From assembly GCF_009834535.1 (NCBI RefSeq), contig NC_045713.1, forward strand, positions 12,338,001 to 12,402,000: a DNA stretch of 64,000 nt, in the 5' to 3' direction. Below, one piece after another: positions 44,920-58,000 of this stretch; positions within the stretch are counted from its first letter, which is position 1, and each line of letters begins with the position of its first letter. Both the position numbers and the translations under genes were made by a program. The notes beneath the pieces were generated by a model. That model worked only from the letters and a program-made list of their open reading frames with translations, was not told the origin of the DNA and did not search any database. The DNA is from Camelus ferus. Taxonomy: Eukaryota.

Positions 44920-47900
44920 GTGGGCCGGGGGCCGGGGGGAGGGGGCGGCGTGGGGGTCGGCCCTGGGCCGGGGGCCGGCCGAGCGGGCGGGGCGCCGGCC
45001 CCGGGGTCCCCGGGAGCAAACTTTGGGCGGAGTTCTGTGGCGACCTTTTACCCCGAAACCAACTTTTCTACGGACGGGGAGGCGGGGGCGCGGCTTGGGG
45101 AGACCCGGGGGCTCCGCCCGTGGGGAAGGGTTGGGGGAAATCTTAGACCTGGGAACCTGCGGTCGTGCCCCCGAGTCTGGCCGCTGCCCGATGGCCCTCA
45201 GCCCACCTGCGGGGTCGCGCGCGCCCGGCCCGTCCTTCCCAGGAAGCATCACAACCTCGCTGAGAATTAACTTTATTAACGAGGTGCTGTCTGCAAGTCA
45301 GCATCTCATTAAGTCCATAGTAGGCACTTAGTGGAGACAGCTGTTGACTTGATTTAGGAAAGGATGAGAGTTTTTAGTGGGGAGAGGGGAAGGACAGGAG
45401 AAGTAGACCTCAGACTACCCTGGTTTTCCTCCCTGCCCCCCCTCTGATGTGCCTTCCTGCCCACAGGGATACCCACCCACCATCCCAGGGTCTACAACAT
45501 CCACAGTCGAAATGTCACCCGGTACCCTGCCAATTCCATCGTTGTCGTTGGAGGCTGCCCTGTCTGCAGGTATGTCACAGGCCTGGGGGCCCCAGGAGCC
45601 TCTAAGGACACACTCAGAACCTCATAAAGGCAGGGTTGTTGGGGGAGGCGGTCAGATTTCAGACAAGCCACTGACCTGGGGTGTGGGAGAGAGTGGGTTC
45701 ACCTGTCTTTGGATGGGAACATGTTTCATGGGGTGGAGGGGGCTGGGTCCCCTTTCCTGGGGAGTTGAGTGCTTCTGGGGCCATTGAGTCCCAAGTGGGT
45801 GGGATGCGGAAATGTTAGTAGTGGACTGACATCTCTGGTTCTGGTACTTGCAGGTTTGCTCTGCAGTTGATTCTCAAACGTGGTGAAAGGTTCTCTTTTC
45901 CTGGGAAGGGTGGGAAGTGCGTGGGCAGGGGAGCCTTGACTCAGATGGCCAGTGTGGTCCGGGAGCTGGATGGCGGTCCAGGGAGCCTGGGAGCTGCGCT
46001 GTAAGGGCTACCTTGGCCCCATCAGGGCCGTTAGCTGGACCAGGACAGAAATGCCGAGGTTCTCTGGGGTGGGAGCAATACTTCGTTTTCTCAATCTAGA
46101 GCCTCCAGAATCCTCTCAGGACTGCTTTTATAGCGCGTGAGATGCAATGACGAGATACTTGTTCTGTGTGGGTCTTGAGGATTCATATAATACCTGGTTC
46201 CTGCCCTTGGTGGATTCCAGTGCGCGGACAGCTTAGAAAGTCAGGGAAGGCTTGGCAAGGACTGGGTGTTCAGCCTGTGCGGGAGGAGGAAGTTGAAGTT
46301 TCTGAGATGGTATTGAGAAACCCAGGTTTACACTGAGACTTAATTTCAAAAGTGTATTTGGAAGGCCCAGAGTGGAGTCAAGGGGAAGTTAACGATTTCA
46401 GTCATAGCAGGGCAGCTGTGGGAGACGAGGGCCTGGAAAGAGGAGGACATCCAGAAATGGGGTGGGAGGCTGGACTCTGGAGCCCACCGTGTGCTTAATA
46501 AGGGAGCTGTGGGCAGGGGAGAGCCTCTGGGCTGCATGCAAACCCAAAACAGTGTCTCTGACACCACTGGTGAAACTCTGGCCTTTGGAGAATGTGGGGA
46601 GGAGGATAGCTGGTGGCCTCTACAAAGTTGCTTTGCCCTCAGCACCTGGGGGGCGTCAGAGCTGTTGGGGTTGAAGGCAGGTGGGTGGGCTTGGAGACAG
46701 GTGTGTGTATGTACGTACTGGGAGGCTGGTCATGTGCTGCTGGGCAGGGCAAGAGTCAACTCTTGGTCCGCTGTGGAGAGAGCCGCTGGCAATGCTGGGA
46801 AGATGCACAGAGAGGTGGCCGCTATGCTTGGCTTTGAGGCTGGTCCTGGGCGCTCAGAGCGCTGCTGTGTCCAGGGTCCTTCTGTCCCCACGCAGCTCAT
46901 GTTGGGGATTCCGAGGGCCTATTTTGAGGGAAAGAGGACTGGTGTTGAGTGATTTCCAAGTGTCAGGAGGGGCGTCAGGCTGGCAGTCAAGGTGGATCAG
47001 GGTCACCTGGAGCAGAGCCATCAGGCTGGGGTTCCAGTGTCTCCTGCAGTGCCCGGCCTGCCAGAGAAGGGGGCTCAGATCCTGGCCTTTCCCGCTACTA
47101 GCTGGGCCCACTTCCCCATCTGAGAAATGGGGTGTCTGATGGGACAGTCTGAGGCTCTTGCTGGCCAGAGCCCCTGAGTGCGGAGGAGCGGAGACCAGCA
47201 GATACCCCTGGGGAGCAGGGGGAGCTTCCAGGCTGCTGCTGGGCGGGGAGCATTTCCCTGATCTCTCCCTTCCCCTCGGGTGGGACCTGTGTCATGTCAT
47301 CGGAGGCCCGTGGCTTCTGCTTCTCGGCCCCTGGTTGCACAAAATGTGGATCAGGCTCTCTACTCTTCTGGGGAGAGTCTTGGGGTTACAGCGGCCCAAA
47401 GGCAAGGGGTGGGGTACCTACATCTGGGAACTGGCGTCTTCCTTTTTGTGTTGCAATTGCTGTCCTCCCTGCTTCTGGGTGGTGGATGCAGCGAGGAGAC
47501 CTGGGTCCTCTGAGGACAAGTGTGGGGTCCAAGTTGGGACCAGACACTGTGACTCCCTCCGAGGCATGTCCTCCATGCCCTCCCCCCCGTCTGGGTTGAG
47601 AAGGACAGGCCCCAGCAGTGAGGGCCCCCCTGGTGCTTGGCTCTTCACGCATGGGTGTCCCGGCCCTCTGTCTGCTGAAGGGCTGGGGGCAGGGGAGGTG
47701 GGCAGCAGGAGAGGCTGGATGCTTCCCATGAGGCTCTGCGGTGGTTTGGGGAGTTGGGGTGAAGTCCTGGGGACAGCTGGTGTGGCCTCTGTCTGTCTGG
47801 TGTTGTGGGGCTGGGAGACAGGCTTTTCACATGACCGCACTTCCTCCTTTTCTGTCCAGCCCGCCTGGCTCTGTCCCCGTCCCTCCCTGGGAGCTTGGCA

Positions 47901-50900
47901 GGAATGTGTCCGAGTCACACGTCTGTGATTCCCTCTGAGGCCTGGCGTAAGAGGCCTGTGCCACTTGTCACTTTGCCACCGTCTGAGCCTTCCGTTAAGC
48001 AGCCTGACCCTATCTTCCCCTTTTAGCCATTATGAGAGCTTTTCTCTTGACCCTGGCAGATGGGTGAATGTGCGCCTCGTCTGTTTGGACCAAGCATTGC
48101 CTCGGCCGGCGGGGCTTCAGCAGGCCTTGGGCTTCTCTGGAGCTGTCCTGCCCTGAGGGTGTGGGCTGTCCCTGGATGTGGGGCGAGGGGGCAGCACTGT
48201 GGGTCTGGGGGTCTTGGGCTGTGGAGAGGGCGCCCTGGGCAGTGTGGGTCAGAGGCTGGAGGGTGCGTCGAGCGGCAGGTGTGGGGCCCGGCTGTCCACA
48301 GCTCCCTGCTGGCCCTGGCTGGGTATCACTGGGTGTCTGGTCTCGGGGGTGACCAGAGAGGTAGGGAATCCGGGAATGGGTAGGGTCTTGGAAGCCGAGA
48401 AGGGGGCTCAAGGAGCAGCTGTCGAGGTCAGGTGCTGCCCAGGGGCCAGGGCAGTACGGGAGCCAGGGCTTGGCCTTGCCCCGAGGAGTGGGCTCTCCCT
48501 GGCCTGAGTGGGGAGCCGCAGACGGCCGGGCAGGGCTCGTGCCCCGGGCTGTCCTGGGCAGGGTGTGCAGGCCATGGGGGCCCAGCGCTGGCCGTCATCG
48601 CTGCTTCTCCAGGGACCGAGCGCCCGTGGCCTGTGCAGCGCAGCTGCCCCGGACTGAGCCTGGGGTCTGCTGGGTCTCGGGCAGGCCTTGCTGCCTCGTA
48701 GGCCTCCTGCTGCAGGCAGAGCTGTGCCCGGCATCTGCCGGGACTTCCTGGCTGTCAGGCTGGCTCGGAACCGGCCATCAAGTGGCCGGCGGCTCTGTGA
48801 GGAGGTCCCGAGAACCACCCCTGACGAGGCAGCTCCTGTCCCCATGGGAGGCCTGTCTGTAGTGGGGACCCTGGGACAGCTGGAGGTGGGGCACATGTGT
48901 CTCTTGAGAGGGCGAGATCTGACCTGGTCTCGGGAGGGGGCTGGCCAGGTGCTTTCGGGCATCTCGCCCCCACCCTGCCCCAGGCCCTGGAGGAAGTCCT
49001 CTGCTCCCCTCTTCCTAGGAGGCTTGTCAGGGTCATTCCCTGGGCTGGGTCCTGCCTTGAGGCCGCTCTGTGCTGGGAGAAGAGAGTACTTGGGGATGAG
49101 CCAGGGGGGCTGCTGGCACTAGCTTTGGGGGTGCTCAGAGGGTGGGGAGGCCCTGGCGCTCGCTGCCTGAACAAGGCTCTGGGCTCCAGCTTCCTGTAAG
49201 CAGGACAGGATGGGATGGGGAGGAAGGGAGGACGCTCTGAGGAAACCGGAGGTGGTGAGGATGGGACTCCTCCTGGGACCTGCCCTGGGACGCGCTCTCT
49301 GGAGACCTGAGACACGTGGGCTGTGGGGCCTCCGTCATCCTTGCCCTGGGGCCCCTCCCAGGCTGGCGCCCTGAACGGATGGATGTCCGTGGAACTGAGT
49401 CGGCATTTTATCCGTAAGGCCAGAGTCAAGTAAGTGTTTTCAGAATTAGTCAGTTCCCTAATTTCTCCAGCTTCCATGTCCTCCCCACCCCCATTGCTCA
49501 GGGATGGGGGCAGGGCTTCTAACCACATCAGGGCCCCTTGTTCAGTTTGGATTCTGAGCCAGTTGAAGAGTTGAAACTCGCCTTGAACTGATCGGGGGTT
49601 TTGGGGGGTTTGGAGAGGATGAGAGGCCGGGTCGAGTGGGAGAGGCTGGCAGGAGGGGCAGGGGGTCCCCTCCCTCCCCCGCGGCCCCACAGGGATATGG
49701 GTGTGCTCTACAGCCTGGGGATGCTGCTTCAGGATTGGTCTGAGACCAGATTATGTTTCTCGGTTGAAGATTTTGGATTTTTAAAAACTGTAAATCACGC
49801 TAACACTGCTCTTCAGGACTGGGTGGTACCCAGAGTCAAACATTAACACTTCTGCAGCAAGACACAAATACTGCCATTAAGTGGGTAAATTAACACATCA
49901 CTTCAGGTCACATGTGGCTGCCAGGTGACTGTTACAGGCTTAGAAAGGTTTGCTTTCAGAGCTGTTGACATTTGGAATCGTGGATGAGAGGTGTGGACTC
50001 TCGTCGTGGCAGGTGTGGTGCCTGCAGACTGACCCTGCCCTCGGAGGCCCCTGCTGGCCAGACAGATCTGGTCTCGGTTCCTTGTCTCTCGGGCTGGGAA
50101 GCTGTGGGGGTGGGGGTGGTGGTGTCGGGACGTGGTTCTCAGTGAAGGAGTCTGGGTCTGGAGCAGACCTGCTGGCACCTCCCTCGCTGCTGAAGGGAAA
50201 TGCCTTCACTCTTCCCAGAGACGTGAGGAGGCCCGACAGCCTTCTCAGAGCCGGGTGGGGGTGAATGGGGAGAGGGCTGGGGTCTTGTCGGCGTCAAACC
50301 CGGACTCCTGACAGGGTGTCGGAAGCCGCAGCTGCCAGCTCTGCTCTGGCTCGGGTGAGTGGACCTGGACAGAAAAGCTTTAGGGCTGGTCTGCAGTGGG
50401 CTCTGTTCCTCTCACCTGGGGTGCAGAGGTGGGCGGGGAGGGCCCAGATGAGAGGGACCAGCCCTCCTGGGCTTCCCCAGCTTCACACAGTGTAGACCAC
50501 AGGTTGGGGTCTGGGTTGAGAATTAGGGAAGAGGCAGGTGGGGGTTGCTGCCGTTTGATGCTTGACCCCAGGGGACAGGAGCAAGTCGCAGACAGGACAG
50601 TTCATGTGGACGCAGGCAGCACAGGGCAAGCCCCCTCCCCTCCACTGTGGGGAGACGGTGGCCGCTTGGAGGGCTGCTCCAGCCCCAGGGCGCTGGGTGC
50701 CCATCTGCGCCCACTCCAGAGCACTGAGGACAGCAGGGCAGGCCCCAGCCTCCTCCTGCCTTTGAGCAGACACACTGGGTCTAGGCTCTGCCTCTTAACA
50801 GCTTTGATCCTTACGTGAGATTCTGCGGAGTGATTGGCCTGGGTGGGCACCCAGTCAGGTAGGCAGTCACTGTCTTTGGGCCTCAGAGGGCAGGATTCTC

Positions 50901-52753
50901 TTCTGGAAGGTTTTTGGCTGGTGCAGGTGACCCAGCTGTGAGGCCTGGCTCACCTGTTTCCTCTGCTCTCCCCCTGCACATTCTAAACGAACGTGCAAAC
51001 CGGGGTGACTTTGGGATTTCAGCCGTAGGTGGGACGTCGGTGTAGACGCCAGGAGCGAGCAGGCGGGGAGCTCGGCGGGCCCCGGAAGCGGGGGCAGCCG
51101 TGGTCTGGACTGGCTCGGGCAGGGGCGGCCACGCGGAGGGCTGAGGAGCGGCGTGCCGACCCGACAGCCTTTCTTGTACTTAAAAAGGGGGCTCCTGTCG
51201 CCAGACTTTGGTAGCAGTCTGTACGGGACATGGTGGCTCTGCTGAGGGATTCAGGCCGGCTGACAGGCTTCCCCTCAGAGCGGAGCCTAGCCTGTGCATC
51301 GGCGGAGTCAGCCCAGCAGGCGTCTCTGCTGCAGGACTTCTCAGAGCCTTTCCTCAGCGACCACGTGTTGTGAGCGGCGGGTTCCCGCCCGCGAGCCCTG
51401 TCCTCTGCACTCGGGCTCACGGGAGGTGCTGCTGGAGGGAACTGCCGGCCGGGCAGGCTGAGCTGGACCTGCCTCGGCGGGTCACAGCTCGTGGTCCCCC
51501 CGTGAACAGGAGCAGCTCCCGCTCGCGGAGGCCGAGCGTGAGTGACCGAGTCAGGGCCGCTTCGGCCTCCTGAGTCCCGAAGTCCCGTTACGGCACTTTC
51601 CTCCACACTTGTTTGCTGAGCTGACCTTCCTCCTCTACCCCTGGGCTACCACGATGGGTGTGAGCATCCAGTGTTCTTGGCCGGGTTTGAAGATGGGGGT
51701 GCTGCGGTGTGGACAAGGACCAGGAAGTGGAGGACCGTGGGGCGGGGTCCTCGGGGGCCAGTGTCCCTGCCAGGCCTGGCTCCTGTCCCCTCTAGCCCCC
51801 TCCTGTGTCCTTCCTCACTTCCTCCGCAGCCTGGGGCGGCCAGTCTGCCAGGAGCGAAGCTTCTCTCCTTGGGGCCCAGCAGCTGGCATGGTTCTCACTT
51901 AAGATACGGCCCCTGCTCCCCACCTTTGGGGTCTTTGAAAATGATCTTAGAATTGGAGTGGTGACCTCAGGTCTCTTGACTCTCTGGCACGAGGTCTAGG
52001 TGACGTCCCCAGGGGTCTTGGGATTAAATGTGCACAGTGAAGGTAAATGTGACCTTTTCTAAAGAGGAAGTGTTGAGATGAAATTTCTCAAGATAAGTGA
52101 CATTGTATGAACATGGCTGATTCTAGTCTTCCACTGTTGGTTTATAAATATCACCAAAATTCCAAACTATCACTATTTTTGTAATTTCCCTCTAGGGAAT
52201 GGAAAAAAAAATCTAAAACTTACCAGCATTGGGAAAAAATATCGTTAAGTGATCTGGTTTTCTTGGTTTTGTTTTTTCAGAGATGTAAGAGTTTTTATAG
52301 AAATGAGCACTTGCTGCTTGTTCCTTCTTTTCTAGAAGAAAACCCCTGGCAGGTTATACGGCAGCCAGGCGTTCTTGCCTTTATCAGTAGGTGGCGATGT
52401 CTCGAGAGAATCTTCTCCCCTCTTCCTGCTCTCAGTGCAGACATCGGTCGAGGCCGGCCTCCCACTCCTCGCTCGGCACCCACAGCTCTGGCATCTCCAG
52501 GCCCGGGGGTGGGTTCTGAGGGAAGGGCCGCGTGATCGCCCGGAGGGGTCACGGCCTGGTGGGGCGACAGGCCTCGGTCAGCCTAGGGCCCTAACCCATG
52601 TGCGCCTCTCTGTCTTGCAGAGTCGGGGTTCTGGAGGACTCCTTCACCTTCCTGGGCATCTTCTTGGCTATCGTCTTGTTCCCCTTTGGGTTCATCTGCT
52701 GTTTTGCCTTGAGGAAGCGAAGATGCCCCAACTGTGGAGCAAACTTTACTTAA
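44778..52753 (+). CDS. BRI3: Brain protein I3 (membrane protein BRI3), whole spliced CDS, 125 aa in 3 exons
   Basis: [14 protein letters not shown]...[13 protein letters not shown] matches recalled human BRI3; 142+103+133 nt, phases compatible. Confidence 0.97.
45467..45569 (+). CDS. BRI3: BRI3 exon 2 (IPTHHPRVY...GGCPVC)
   Basis: cctgcccacag acceptor; CAG|gtatgt donor. Confidence 0.95.
46130..47050 (-). mobile_element. Fragmented L2 in BRI3 intron 2
   Basis: 'tggttcctgcccttggtggattccagt', 'agaaagtcagggaaggctt' and other purine-rich L2-like pieces. Confidence 0.45.
52621..52753 (+). CDS. BRI3: BRI3 exon 3 coding part (VGVLEDSFT...CGANFT*)
   Basis: tgtcttgcag acceptor; hydrophobic segment and second CxxC; TAA at 52751-52753. 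Confidence 0.96.
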
Positions 52754-52939
52754 AGGGAACAACACACCTGGCTTTCCTACACTCAGCTATCTTTTTCTAA
52801 TGTAAATGTCGTGTACAATAGCTTTATTTGATTAAGCTTCAGGACTGTTTTGTAAAGTGCGGTGGGTGGATTGCGCACTGCGGGCCGGCCGAGGTTTCAC
52901 GGCACAGGGGTCGCGGGGTGTGGCTCCCAGGGTTAACGA

Positions 52940-54986
52940 CAGCTCAATAAAGCACTGCTTTTATTTTTCGCAGTCTTCAATTTGAGAAAGGTGAGAAAAA
53001 CTGTTTTAAATAAATGAGATCCATACCATTGTTTACCTGTTTTGCTTATTCAGTGTTTGTTTCTGTAAGTGGCAGTGTGCAAAGTTATGGAAAGCGTCAC
53101 ACACACACTAAAGAGACTAGAGTGACACATCCGTCGCCCGGCTTCCACACCATCCACTTTATGCCCGATCTTTGGTTACTCGAGAGGCATTTACAGCTCA
53201 AAAAAACTACGTGTTTTCAGGTTTTTATTGTTGTAATGAAACATAATACCTTGACATTTATAGAGCATGCACCTCAGTGCCCAGGAGCTAAGGCAAGCCC
53301 TGCCATCCTGTGTGAGGCAGGTGAGCGCCCATGGTAGTCCTTCTGTGGAGGTGTAGACCGGTGGGTGAGCCAGGCGGGCCTGCACACAGCCCAGCGACCC
53401 CAGGACCTGCCACAACCCTGTAACACAGCCAGAAGACCCCAAGCCATGGCGCTCTGGAGGCCGAGGCCACAGTGGGACACCCTTCCCCATCCCTCCCTTA
53501 TTAGCACTTTCAAAGCTGACACCTCACCGCCCCCACATACTGTAGACAACAAAGGGCTTCTGTGAATCTGACTCTAAAATGGTGAGAGGAGCAGTGGGCC
53601 ATGTGACTAAATTTGATTCGATTGTTTTCTTTGTGGCTGAAGCATCTTCTCCAGGCAGGTGTGGTGCTGACACGTGCCCTGAGCCTGGGTCCCAGGAGCC
53701 CTCGTAGTCCTGCGTCATCTCTGTTGGTGGCAGGGTCACCTGTATGGCCGACCCAGCCAGGAGGTGGATGGGATCCAAAACCTCGAGTGTGTCACGCTTA
53801 CATGGGTTCACTGTATTTGGCCTTGACCAATTTCAAGCTTACAGAAAAATGGTAACATTCATGGCAAAACCAAAGGAGCTGTGATCAGCGACAAGCCCCC
53901 TTCCCCGCCACACATAGGGAATGGCCCGGGTGTGGGTTTTCATCAGGGTCCTCCACTCCTCCAGGTTGGGCCTAGTCCCTGACATCCGGAGACGATCCCT
54001 GCCGCAGGCTCCGAGTCCCTCCCGCAGGAGCCCAGGCTCCGAGTGCGCTGTGGTGGGTCTCAGCTGAAATGCAGCCACCCCTGCTGCCCCCACAGGTCCT
54101 CCCGGCTCAGTAAAGGCTGAGTGCAGTTTCAGTACCTGATTCAAAAGTGGAGAGCCCTGCAACCCGAGAGGTTTCAGAGTAGGTTAGTGACAGAGGCAGC
54201 TTTGGTCAACTAGCTTAGCAAGTTTCCACATGGGGAGCCCCAGATGCACGGTTACCCCGCGGGCCAGGCTCGCGTGTGGTGCCTGGCATGTTTCCATCGG
54301 TCAGTCCAGATGGTAACTCAGAACTACCAGATTCAGTACCTCTTAGAAATTGTTCAAGTACTAATGTGGCTGTGATAGGGACAGACGAATGTCTCAGTGC
54401 TGTATCTTCAGTTATGTCTAAATTGCGGAAAACTGGGGATTCCTACATATGATTAAACAAAAAATTTTAAGTTAAAAAATTAAATTTTATACAGTCTCAT
54501 AATTTATATTGCTTAAAATTATTTGCATGCTGTGATGCAAATTTATACAGTATTTTCTTCAAACATCATAATGCTGTTTAAGAGCACATGCTTTATAAAA
54601 TTAAACTGTGGTCTCATTTGCATTCAGGTGCAGAAAGCCAGTCATGAAAGCACATACTATCCCTTATTCTGGCTATTAAAAAAATAATCATAGACTATTT
54701 AAAAAAATGATACAGTAAGGATTAGAACCAAATCTGGTTTTGAACAGAATAGGAAGAAAATATTTTGAATGATCGACTAAACTATTCCTGATTCATCTTA
54801 AAGACAGAAATGTGTAAACCCAACTATGTTATATTAGAAAATGAGTTGATTTGCTAAGTGATACATTTAAAATCAGGCACCCTCTGGCGAAGCTTTCCAA
54901 CGGCACAGCACTTATCAAACACATACACCAATCACCCTGCAAGTGAGAACTGAGTGTGGAACCGGGAGACTTCCCTGGCCACCTTT
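52940..54986 (-). other. BAIAP2L1: BAIAP2L1 3' UTR (about 1.8-2.0 kb; end uncertain)
   Basis: AT-rich, non-repeat sequence after the stop; minus-strand AATAAA at 53224-53229, 52960-52965 and 52823-52828. Confidence 0.6.
52946..52951 (+). terminator. BRI3 poly(A) signal AATAAA (second AATAAA at 53009-53014)
   Basis: First AATAAA about 190 nt after the stop codon, followed by a T-rich tract. Confidence 0.75.
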
Positions 54987-55062
54987 TCATCGAATGATTG
55001 GTGCTGATCGATCGTTTGTCACCGTCGGTCGGAGTTTCACAGTCGCAAAGGGGTTTTCTCCG
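54987..55062 (-). CDS. BAIAP2L1: BAIAP2L1 last exon coding part (GENPFATV...PIIR*)
   Basis: ctccccacag acceptor; TGA at 54989-54987. Confidence 0.95.
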
Positions 55063-58000
55063 CTGTGGGGAGAGAAATATTGGCAGAAATACGAGATGGG
55101 AATTTGATGTGGAAAGAGCTAATAACCAGGGCTCCTGCTCGGTCAAATTACGGAATATGTGAGTCTTGGTCTGTGACAGTCCTCTCCATGCCACGTGTCA
55201 TGGAACTATCCAGAGTGTAAAAATATTTTTGACAGAGAGCCCCCCTCTCTAGTCCTATATGGGGCGGGGGTGGTGGGCTCTGGGAGAGCCACATAGGACG
55301 GGCTGGGTTAGTAAGCTGCCAAACGCAGCGTGTGACCAGGGCCCTCCCTTCTGGATCAGCCAGATGCTGGGCGGGCCCCCCAGGCTCCCCAGAGGACCCC
55401 ACAGGCCCGAAGCCTTTTTCAGGATCAGGCCCCCTGGGCTGTGCAAGGGGGAAGACCCTTCCAGGGGCCACCACAGGCCCCTCACCCACAGGGGTGGGCC
55501 ACCTGGAGCGCGAAGGGCTCTGTGGAGGAGCTCACGTACCTGAGGAAAGGAGGCTTTGCAATCCCGTTTGCATCACTCTGTGAGAGAGAAAAATGAAATT
55601 TGTGAAAGGCTCATGAAACTGGAACATTTAACAGGAGCCGAAGGTAAAGATGTCAGAAGTCTAAGGGACTGTTTAAAGCTATGCAAGTCGAGGACAAGGG
55701 CAAGAGCAGAGAATGGTCTAAAGGCCACTGAGGGACCCTCGCATATGCTGGACCATCCTGGAGGGAAAACGCAGGGTCACTGGCCACTCAGGGGCAAAAC
55801 TGTAGTGACTGTGGCTTTTTGGGAGCCCGATCCTGAATGATGCCATGAGAAACAGTAAGGAGAAAACCTTGCTGGGATTTGGTGCCCACACTGCTAGCCA
55901 GAGACCGGGTAGGAAGTCCTGTCAAAGTGCAGGAAAGAAGGCGGACCAGGGCAAGCACTGTCTTTTCCTGCAGGGCCTCACGGAGCCCCAGCCCCAGTCC
56001 CAGAGACGTGGGTTGCCCAGTGTGGCCAGGGGCCCAGTGTGTCTGCCTTCTTCCCTCTGTTCTACAAAGAACCTGCTTGAAATCTGCTCTGCCGCTGTTT
56101 TTTTTTGGGGGGTGGGGTGGGTAGGATTAGGTTTGTTTATGTTGAGAGGAGGACTGAACAGCCCAGGACCTCATGGGCGCTAGGCAGGCGCTCTACCACT
56201 TGAGCTATACCCTCCCCTGCTCTGCTGTTGTAAGAAATCACTGGCCTGAGCTGGCGGGCTTACTCAGATGGCCGCCCAGGAGAGGGCAGTGTGACGCCGT
56301 CTGCCTGACGGGCCACCAGTCCTGGCAGGCCAGCCCTGACTGTCACGAGAGCTCCCAGACCTCCCCAGGGTGTTAGGGTGCACAGACCCCCGAGTTCCTC
56401 TCACTTCCCATTGCTAACCCGGGGTTGAAGGCCATGCTTGGACAGGGAAGCCAGGCCAGGCTCCTTCGGGATGGCCTACCTTGGTGTTGGAAGTACACTC
56501 TCAAGGTGGAAGGGGGATTGGGGGCACCGGGGCTGCTTCAGACTTGCACCTGCTGTCTCCAGGCCTCTCACACATTGACCTTGAACCTGGGGCCAGCAAG
56601 GTGGTCCTGGGGGGAGCCCCAGCACTAGGAGGCAGGCAGCCCGGGGCCCTGATTCAGTGTCTGCTTCCCATCACTGAAGCACAGAGCAGCGGCCCTGCTT
56701 ATTAGCACATTCTAGTAGGGCTTTAAATGGCTGCAAAATGAGTTTTCCCCACAGGACACCCTGGGCTTCCTCAGCAGGACTCGCTGTAAGGCGTTTCTGG
56801 TATGACACTCATGGTACAGGGTAGTTAAGGGCTAACTGATGACGTATTTTAAAAAATACACCAGGATGCCTCTCATGCAGTCCCACACGCCCTCACCCAG
56901 CAGAAGGCCCGGAGCAGGCGCCCCCAGGCTGTGAAAGGCCTCCTGTGGCCGCGCGTCAGAGGGAGGGCGGTGGCACCCCCCGCCCCCCGCCCGGAAAGCG
57001 TCTTCTGTCAAGTCAGACTCCCCAGGCTGGAGTCCACAGGGTGTGTGCACCCACACTCACCGGAAACCACCTTTCTGCCTTTCCTTGGGGCAGAACACTT
57101 TCCCTCCCCTGTGCACCCTCAATTTGAGGAAGGCTCTCTGCTCCCGGAACTGGGAACCAGAGACAAGCCCACCCGCAGACCCCCATCTGCCCTCAGGGCA
57201 GAAACCTCGGAGCCCCGACTGAACTTTAAAACAAGCTTAGCCATGTTTTCTCAAGCTGTGTCCTCTGGGTGACATGACATTTGAGAGAAACAAAAGCAAG
57301 TCCAGCCCTGGCGGTAAAGTGGCAAGAAGTAACAGCCTGTGCTGTGAGGAAGGAGGGTAGAACAACTCAAGACGGCAGCCTGAAGCCATCTCATGTCGGG
57401 ACACCTGGATCCTGGTGTGCCCCGCACCCGGGCACTGGGACATCCACCAGGATGCTCGGAGCAGCCCCGCCCTCACAGCCCAAACATCCACCAACAGAGA
57501 GGTGACGGCTCCTATGTCTCAAGAGTGCCCAGGGCTGCCCCCTTCCCTGTGCTTTCACAGGTGCGGACCTGGGCGCTCCCCGACAAGCCCTGCGCACGGA
57601 TCTCAGAGGCAGTTTCCCAGAAAACCCAGCCTGTGACCGCCATGCAGGTCACCTCCCCCCTCTGTCCCTTGCCTTGTTAGTTAACTCTCTACAGATCTTC
57701 TATCATGGATATTTTTGTTTATGCCTCATTTTCTGCTTCTTATCAGTAAAACGCAAGTTCCAGCCGAGCCACGGCCCGGCACTCGGAAGACAGTTGTCAA
57801 AGGGACTGATGCGGTGACTCACGGCCTCTCTTTCTTACAGGGCTGTTGAGGATCACAGAGAATGTCCACACAGTGTTTACACAACACGCTTTCTGAAGAT
57901 GTAATGATTAAATGACCACTCTCAGCCTCAACCCTTCCTTCAGAAAACAATATGAAAACTGAAGAAAATGCAGAAAAATGTGATTAAACGACTAAAGGAC

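Larger units (their letters stand above)
43980..45250. promoter_or_regulatory. CpG island / BRI3 promoter and first exon
   Basis: Dense CpG and GC boxes; CACGTG E-box at 44555-44560. Confidence 0.88.

Noticed and set aside
44005-45270. 421-aa plus-strand ORF and overlapping long ORFs at the BRI3 5' end
   Set aside because: Product of stop-poor CpG-island DNA and the (GT)n repeat (CVCV runs); the real CDS starts at 44778 and splices at 44919.
48755-49690. 311-aa minus-strand ORF in BRI3 intron 2 (also the 256-aa ORF 47158-47928)
   Set aside because: GC-rich, Pro/Gly-dominated and unrecognisable; one or two ORFs of this size are plausible by chance in about 30 kb of high-GC DNA.
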